Virus record (IMG/VR): IMGVR_UViG_3300027896_005002
Span: 186,001 to 250,000 of that record
DNA: 64,000 nucleotides
Strand: one strand, 5' to 3'
In this document: positions 58,692 to 64,000 of the stretch, piece by piece
How positions within the stretch are numbered: position 1 is the stretch's first letter
How the letters are laid out: the number at the start of each line of letters is the position of its first letter
The notes under the pieces: model-generated
The model's database searches: none
What the model was told of the DNA's origin: nothing
What the model saw: only the letters and a program-made list of their open reading frames with translations
Translations under genes and position numbers: made by a program

Positions 58692-59393
58692 TCATACATC
58701 GTCCGGTCTTACTCTTAGAGGTGTCACTAAATCGTATTTCATTTTTTCATTTAATTTCATTTTTATTATTTCACAATTTTTTGGCGTCTTATATTTGTCA
58801 AAATCCTCAGCATGCCAGTGAAACCAACGCATTAAAAATGCTTTAATTGTTAATCCATGACTTACAATTACAGTATAAGGTGGATAATCTTCTTTTTCAA
58901 AATCTCTATGTAAAGTGTCAATAAAAGTTGTTATTCTGTCGTAAACATCAGCACCGGATTCACCATTTGGCATTCTGTAATAAAAAGATCCAAATCTTTT
59001 TCGTTCTTTTTCAATTTTTAAAACTAAATGATCTTCAGCATAATTGCCCCATTCTTGTTCTCTTAATCTGGGATCCTCATAAATTGTTCCACCTAATATA
59101 TTTAAAAATTGAGCAGTTTGTCTAGTTCTATACCAAGGTGAGATATAAAACATTGGTTTTACAGATTGTATTTGAAATCCAGGATATCCAGAATATCCAA
59201 CCATTCTAGTAGCACCAGGATCTATATCTTTTGCAATATCATTACATAATTCTTTGGCAGCACAAATTGCTTGACTTTTTCCATTTTCCGTAAGATTTAC
59301 TTTCCAATCAGGCATAATTTTATATAATGATTCATCAACATTGCCTTCAGATTCACCATGACGAATTAAATAAATAGCTTTTGGTTTTGACAT
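58692..59393 (-). CDS. Histidine phosphatase (phosphoglycerate mutase superfamily)
   Basis: LIRHGESEGN, SPWYRTRQT, LREQEWG, GESGADV, VSHG. Confidence 0.9.
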   Translation of the reverse strand: MSKPKAIYLIRHGESEGNVDESLYKIMPDWKVNLTENGKSQAICAAKELCNDIAKDIDPGATRMVGYSGYPGFQIQSVKPMFYISPWYRTRQTAQFLNILGGTIYEDPRLREQEWGNYAEDHLVLKIEKERKRFGSFYYRMPNGESGADVYDRITTFIDTLHRDFEKEDYPPYTVIVSHGLTIKAFLMRWFHWHAEDFDKYKTPKNCEIIKMKLNEKMKYDLVTPLRVRPDDV

Positions 59394-60235
59394 TAATACT
59401 CATTTCTTTTCCATTTTTAATAAATCAAAAACATCTGCTCCACAGCCTATACATTTATTATCTTGTGCCATTGCAGATGCACCATCACGACAAATACAAG
59501 GTGTCATTTCAGATTTTGCTCTCGGACATTCTGCTTCTTTTCCTGTTCTTTTTTCAATCAATGTTCTTAAAATATTTGCAGGATTTTTATTATAATCATT
59601 ATCTAAAACTTCATCCCAACATTCCATACAATCATCATGAGTAACATCAAATTTACGATTTTCACACCATTAGGTCCTCGACAATTATGTTCTGAACCTG
59701 GAGCAACTGACATTTCCCAAGTCGGCAAACATGTTGTTGGTTTATAAAGTTTTTGACCAATGTTTATAATTCTATCACCTTCCCAAGTTCCTTGTCCACA
59801 TCTTGCAAAGAATAAAGAAAGTGTCATGGACATATGACCCTCAAGGTACTTACATCCATGACATGTATATCCTTTTGCAATTTCTTTTGGACGTTCTTGT
59901 TTAATAGACTCTGATCCAAAAACCTTTTGCAAAAAATTAAGCATATTAGTTTTCTTTCAGTTTGACGACATCAATAAGAAACTTTTTATACAATCTATCA
60001 AAATGCTTATCATTAGTAAAAGGACTTGCTCTACCAGATGACAACTTATGAAATAATTGCGTCACGAAAGTGAAACAAAAACTATCATCACCAACACTTA
60101 TATCACAATGAATATTGTTTTCATCTACAAAATCAAACAAAGCAATAATTCCTGTTCCACTACTACTATGCAGAGTAAAACCTCGTGTCATCATCAAACT
60201 TTTCATATTACTAACTATTGTATCAAATTCATCCA

Positions 60236-62644
60236 TTACATCCTCAAACTTTTCTTTTTCTTATCTTTTTTATCATCCGCTTCTTTTTTTTCTTCTATTT
60301 CTTCACCAACTTCATTTGGATCTGCAACTGCTGAATCTGGAACTTCTTCCTCTATAGTTTCTTTCTTTGTATAGAATTTTCCATCTTTGATCAAACATTC
60401 AACCGTTTCCTTAAGTTTTGGCTTTTCTTCTAGAATAGTGTAAAATTTCTTTTTACCAAAATCTTTAATATCATCATACATCTTTTCACCAGCAGTATTA
60501 ACAAAATTATACCTTGTTATTGTCTTTCCATCTTTTTCTACATCAAACTCTTTTATAATACCGTTCATCAGAGCAACACTGAACATTTCCTGTTCATTGT
60601 TAACACCGGATCCATCATGTCTCAAAGTAAAGACAATTGCATCTTCAGGCATTGAACCTGCTTTATTTTTATCAAAAGTGACTTTAACATCATGTGAAAG
60701 TACATTGCCAACTTCATCTCTTACTTCAGACTTCCAGACTTTAGCAACTTTTAGAGCAATTGTATTATAGAATGGTAATGCATTTCCACCAGTACGATAT
60801 TCCGGCGAGTTGTGAACAACAACTCCCGAAAAATCACTACTGGAACCAACCATATAAGTATTTACTGGTGTTTGAATGTCGTACTTAGTTAAACATTTTG
60901 CTTCTTTATCAGATATTTCACAAATCTTCAATACTTTAGTATAAATTTTATCTCTTTTAACTCTTTCGATATGTTTTAATTCTTGATAATTATTAATATG
61001 TTCATCTAATAATTTGTATTGCATTTCAGGAATAACAAATTGACAAATTAGTTTACTAAAATAATCAATATTAATAATTTTAAGTTTAAAATGGCCTTCA
61101 GTATCTAATTCAACATCAACATCAAATTGTTTAAATTTTTTAATTAATGACTCAAACAATTTAATTTGTACATTAGTATCAAGATAATCGAATCTTCTCA
61201 TTGAAATACTAGCTTTTTGACGTTCTTTCCAAATAGATCCATCATCTAAATAAAATATAGCTAAGCCTAATAAATCAACTTTGTCAATAATCTCAGAAGT
61301 AAAAGACCTATAATGTTTGCCTGAATTTTTAAATAATTTTTCACTATAATCATTTTCATAAAAATGTTTGTAATACTTCAAAAGAAACATTTCTGATTCT
61401 GTTCTAAAAGAATTTTTTCCTATTGAATAAAATTTTAATGATTTTAATTGTTTAATTTTCCACATTAAATATTCAGGTTGTTCAGAATTAGCAAATGAAA
61501 TTGAAGCAGATAAACATCCTCTAGTTTGCATAAATCCGTCAGCTAACATTGATCCTATTAAAATTTGTTCTTCTTCATTTGACAATGGATTATTACAATA
61601 ACTTAATAATTCATCACCAATTGCTAAATTTTGAGCTTCTACCCAACCATTTTTTGTAAAAATTTTATGATTTCTAGTACAAATTAATTTTTGATACATT
61701 CTATGAGTTGGTACTTCAAAACATACTTTTATAAACTCTGACCTATCTGCCATTCCATTATTGTAATATTCTAATGGTTCGAATTCGTCAAATGTATCTG
61801 TCTTTTCATTATAAGAAACCATAGTTTCTTTTATTTTATGTTTTACAAAACTACTAGATGAATAAATATCATTAGTAGTATGAATTTTTGTACTTGCATG
61901 CATACAACCAAACATTTGATTAGGATTTTTTCGAAGTTGGTTGATGAAGAATAGAATTGTTTTTGAATCAACATCAAATCGAGCCATAGCGGATGACACT
62001 TTCTTCAAGCCCAATCCAATTGCAGTAGCTTGTGTCCCGCGTTGCCTTGTTTCATTCATTCCTTTAGTGGCATCAACTTGAGAGACCATTTGTGTTACAC
62101 TATCAAAACCGATGATAGCATAATTTCCAGGTGCTGTTACTTTTACAACATTGCCTGTTTTTGCATCAACTTCATGTTCTCCTAAAATTAAACTGTGAGC
62201 AATATCAAAACCTTCTTCAGCAGTCGATATTGGTATCACAATCAATTTCGATATATCAACTCCCACTGATGCTGCCCATCTTGCCTGAAATTGAAACTGA
62301 CGTTCAGCATCAATCAATACACATGGTCTATTAGGCCATCTTTTTTGAGCTTCTGCAAAAGCTAAATAAAGAAGTAATGTTTTACCAGCACCCTCCCAGC
62401 CAAAAACTTCAATAACAGCTCCGACAGGATAACCACCATAAGGACCAATGGCACTATTAAGTAAAATTGAACCTGTTGATATTCCTTCAGGTAAACTTTT
62501 ATATTTCTCACCAGCTGGTTCAATACTTCGGCCAAATTTTTTCCTAATAAGTGATGCTGCATTTACAGTAATTGTCTTTTTCTTTTTAGTACCAATTTCA
62601 TCGTCATCTTCTTCATTTTCAATTGTGGTATCTTCTTCAGCCAT
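60236..62644 (-). CDS. recA: RecA recombinase with intein
   Basis: STGS..L..A.G..GG.P, GWEGAGKT, IDAE, DSV, FINQLR, MFG|SPE..TGGNAL.FY, KNK. Confidence 0.92.
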   Translation of the reverse strand: MAEEDTTIENEEDDDEIGTKKKKTITVNAASLIRKKFGRSIEPAGEKYKSLPEGISTGSILLNSAIGPYGGYPVGAVIEVFGWEGAGKTLLLYLAFAEAQKRWPNRPCVLIDAERQFQFQARWAASVGVDISKLIVIPISTAEEGFDIAHSLILGEHEVDAKTGNVVKVTAPGNYAIIGFDSVTQMVSQVDATKGMNETRQRGTQATAIGLGLKKVSSAMARFDVDSKTILFFINQLRKNPNQMFGCMHASTKIHTTNDIYSSSSFVKHKIKETMVSYNEKTDTFDEFEPLEYYNNGMADRSEFIKVCFEVPTHRMYQKLICTRNHKIFTKNGWVEAQNLAIGDELLSYCNNPLSNEEEQILIGSMLADGFMQTRGCLSASISFANSEQPEYLMWKIKQLKSLKFYSIGKNSFRTESEMFLLKYYKHFYENDYSEKLFKNSGKHYRSFTSEIIDKVDLLGLAIFYLDDGSIWKERQKASISMRRFDYLDTNVQIKLFESLIKKFKQFDVDVELDTEGHFKLKIINIDYFSKLICQFVIPEMQYKLLDEHINNYQELKHIERVKRDKIYTKVLKICEISDKEAKCLTKYDIQTPVNTYMVGSSSDFSGVVVHNSPEYRTGGNALPFYNTIALKVAKVWKSEVRDEVGNVLSHDVKVTFDKNKAGSMPEDAIVFTLRHDGSGVNNEQEMFSVALMNGIIKEFDVEKDGKTITRYNFVNTAGEKMYDDIKDFGKKKFYTILEEKPKLKETVECLIKDGKFYTKKETIEEEVPDSAVADPNEVGEEIEEKKEADDKKDKKKKSLRM
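60809..61906 (-). mobile_element. Intein (366 aa) with LAGLIDADG endonuclease
   Basis: QMFG|CMHAS...CTRNHK...LIGSMLADG...LAIFYLDDG...KYDI...VVHN|SPE. Confidence 0.9.
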
Positions 62645-62673
62645 AATAAAATCTCCTTTTTAGGTTCAGATAT

Positions 62674-62705
62674 GAAAAAGGATACATTTTCATGTACCCT
62701 TTTTC
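62674..62705. terminator. Hairpin/terminator upstream of recA
   Basis: gaaaaaggatacat/atgtaccctttttc imperfect stem. Confidence 0.5.
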
Positions 62706-62730
62706 TATTTTAATTTATATGCATTTAAAT

Positions 62731-63549
62731 TTATTTAATTACAATACCGTTTGGGTTTCCTTCAATAATTGTAAATGAACCAATTTTATCCTTAATCTTT
62801 TCATATGTATCATACTTCTTAAACAATGCATATTCAGGATTTGCTCTCAAAGCAGATCCAATTTTAGTTATAGCTTCAACTTGAGCAAGTGCAGCAGCTT
62901 TCTGATTTTCAGCTTCCCAAACTGTTTTATCAACCTTTACATTTGATAATGTAACATTTTGAACTAATAAAGGAACGCCACTGCGCTTAAACATGCTAAT
63001 TGCCATAGCACCTAATTGGTCATTAAGTTCTTTAAAATGACCATACATATAATTTACATCTGTCTGTTGTTGTATGATACTTCTTATACCTGACCGAACA
63101 TCCATTTGAGCCATTCTGCCATAAATATCATTAACTGTAATTTGACTAACTCTATTACTAGCATCACCAAGTTTTACGGGTGTTATTTGAGCAAAAATTG
63201 CATTTCGTTGATCAGCTTCTTTTGGCACCATCATACGTACATAAACATCAACAGTAACTGGTGTACGACCGACAATAATTCGATGATCTTCACCTTCTTT
63301 TTCTGTTGATTGTCCAAAAGATTCTTTTGTAGAAACTGATGTTGCTTCAAGAAGTACTAATGTAGTATAAGTACCGTCACTGGCCTGTTGACCAATATCA
63401 ATTTGACCTGCTTCAAGAATTCCTTTATCCCAACCTGAAGGTGTTAATTTTTTACCTACAAAACCTGCAGGAATTTCTCGAACTATATTTGTACAACCAA
63501 TTGCAAAAAACATGCTTGCAATAACTATTAATTTGAATAGCATTTTCAT
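62731..63549 (-). CDS. SPFH/band-7 domain lipoprotein
   Basis: Lipobox FAIGC, IPAGFVG, VTLSNV, AEN..A..Q coiled segment. Confidence 0.7.
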   Translation of the reverse strand: MKMLFKLIVIASMFFAIGCTNIVREIPAGFVGKKLTPSGWDKGILEAGQIDIGQQASDGTYTTLVLLEATSVSTKESFGQSTEKEGEDHRIIVGRTPVTVDVYVRMMVPKEADQRNAIFAQITPVKLGDASNRVSQITVNDIYGRMAQMDVRSGIRSIIQQQTDVNYMYGHFKELNDQLGAMAISMFKRSGVPLLVQNVTLSNVKVDKTVWEAENQKAAALAQVEAITKIGSALRANPEYALFKKYDTYEKIKDKIGSFTIIEGNPNGIVIK

Positions 63550-63845
63550 TTTACATCCTTTTTTGAATTTTCAAGAACTTTATTTTCATAATCATTTTGT
63601 GACTGTTTTGTGAAACTACGATCAATTTCGCTTTTAGGCAAATTATTTACGGAAGCTTGTGATGTCAAAGTAAATATTACCACAAATACAAATATGCCTA
63701 AAATTCCAAAAAGACTGTAATTCACATATTTTCTATATTGCTTTTCAACATTCTTTTTAGTAATAGCATAAATAATGAATATTACTATTAAGAATGCTAT
63801 TGACCATATAGTAGCATTTAAATTTAGTCTGATAAAATCTTCCAT
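63546..63845 (-). CDS. Two-TM membrane protein coupled to the SPFH gene
   Basis: Two hydrophobic helices; 4-nt overlap. Confidence 0.55.
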   Translation of the reverse strand: MEDFIRLNLNATIWSIAFLIVIFIIYAITKKNVEKQYRKYVNYSLFGILGIFVFVVIFTLTSQASVNNLPKSEIDRSFTKQSQNDYENKVLENSKKDVK

Positions 63846-63858
63846 TGATTAACCTTTC

Positions 63859-63999
63859 TTAAAAAGGAACTTTTCTTTTTGCACCACTATTATCTGTACC
63901 GGCTTTTCCCATTTTACCTGATTTGTTTTTTGCAGCAATAGCAATAGCTTTTTCTTTTTCTTTAATTGCTGCTTCAATTTCCGCACCGGTAGTTAAACC
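63859..63999 (-). CDS. C-terminal end of a gene starting outside the window
   Basis: ...AEIEAAIKEKEKAIAIAAKNKSGK...KRKVPF*. Confidence 0.45.
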   Translation of the reverse strand, partial: GLTTGAEIEAAIKEKEKAIAIAAKNKSGKMGKAGTDNSGAKRKVPF

Positions 64000-64000
64000 A

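Noticed and set aside
178-63309. Numerous plus-strand ORFs of 60-180 aa (e.g. 12302-12847, 38541-39059, 34409-34789)
   Set aside because: Antisense shadows of well-supported minus-strand genes; no motifs or RBS
1-64000. Genome-wide stop-codon reassignment (TGA=Trp or TAG=Gln)
   Set aside because: Conserved genes are uninterrupted in code 11 and many end at TGA (ATGA overlaps) or TAG at expected lengths; only one suggestive TGA (30621)
1-64000. tRNA or rRNA genes
   Set aside because: No cloverleaf with T-loop consensus or rRNA-like sequence found by eye; tRNAscan-SE would be needed to exclude

Overview
AT-rich, gene-dense 64 kb segment, almost entirely minus-strand. It reads as part of a very large (jumbo/huge) bacteriophage genome in standard code 11. 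This is inferred from the many short orphan ORFs, absence of ribosomal/housekeeping operons, and a phage-type gene set: intein-bearing RecA and class II RNR, SbcCD, RuvC, ATP-dependent ligase, dUTPase, dCTP deaminase, GIY-YIG endonuclease, lytic enzymes, SpoVG and a sigma-like protein. It also carries host-manipulation genes: carboxy(nor)spermidine synthesis, Thg1, CCA-adding enzyme, a eukaryote-like WGR-PARP and a kinase-NadM fusion in a vWA operon. The most striking unexplained structure is a shared peptide leader on eight otherwise unrelated ORFs: M-x-H-[LI]-A-x-I-Q-x-E-F-I-K-x-A, usually followed by W-x-D-[LM]-x4-Q-x2-Y-L-x2-H-P-x-S-K-[RK]. Carriers include topoisomerase IB and the CCA-adding enzyme. 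It resembles the T4 capsid-targeting sequence and suggests a modular system for packaging enzymes into the virion and co-injecting them. Also seen: several structured intergenic RNA-like elements, a tnpB/omegaRNA relic, an apparently split DNA methyltransferase and a Tat-signal/capsid-like mini-protein. All calls come from motif reading only; no database searches were run.
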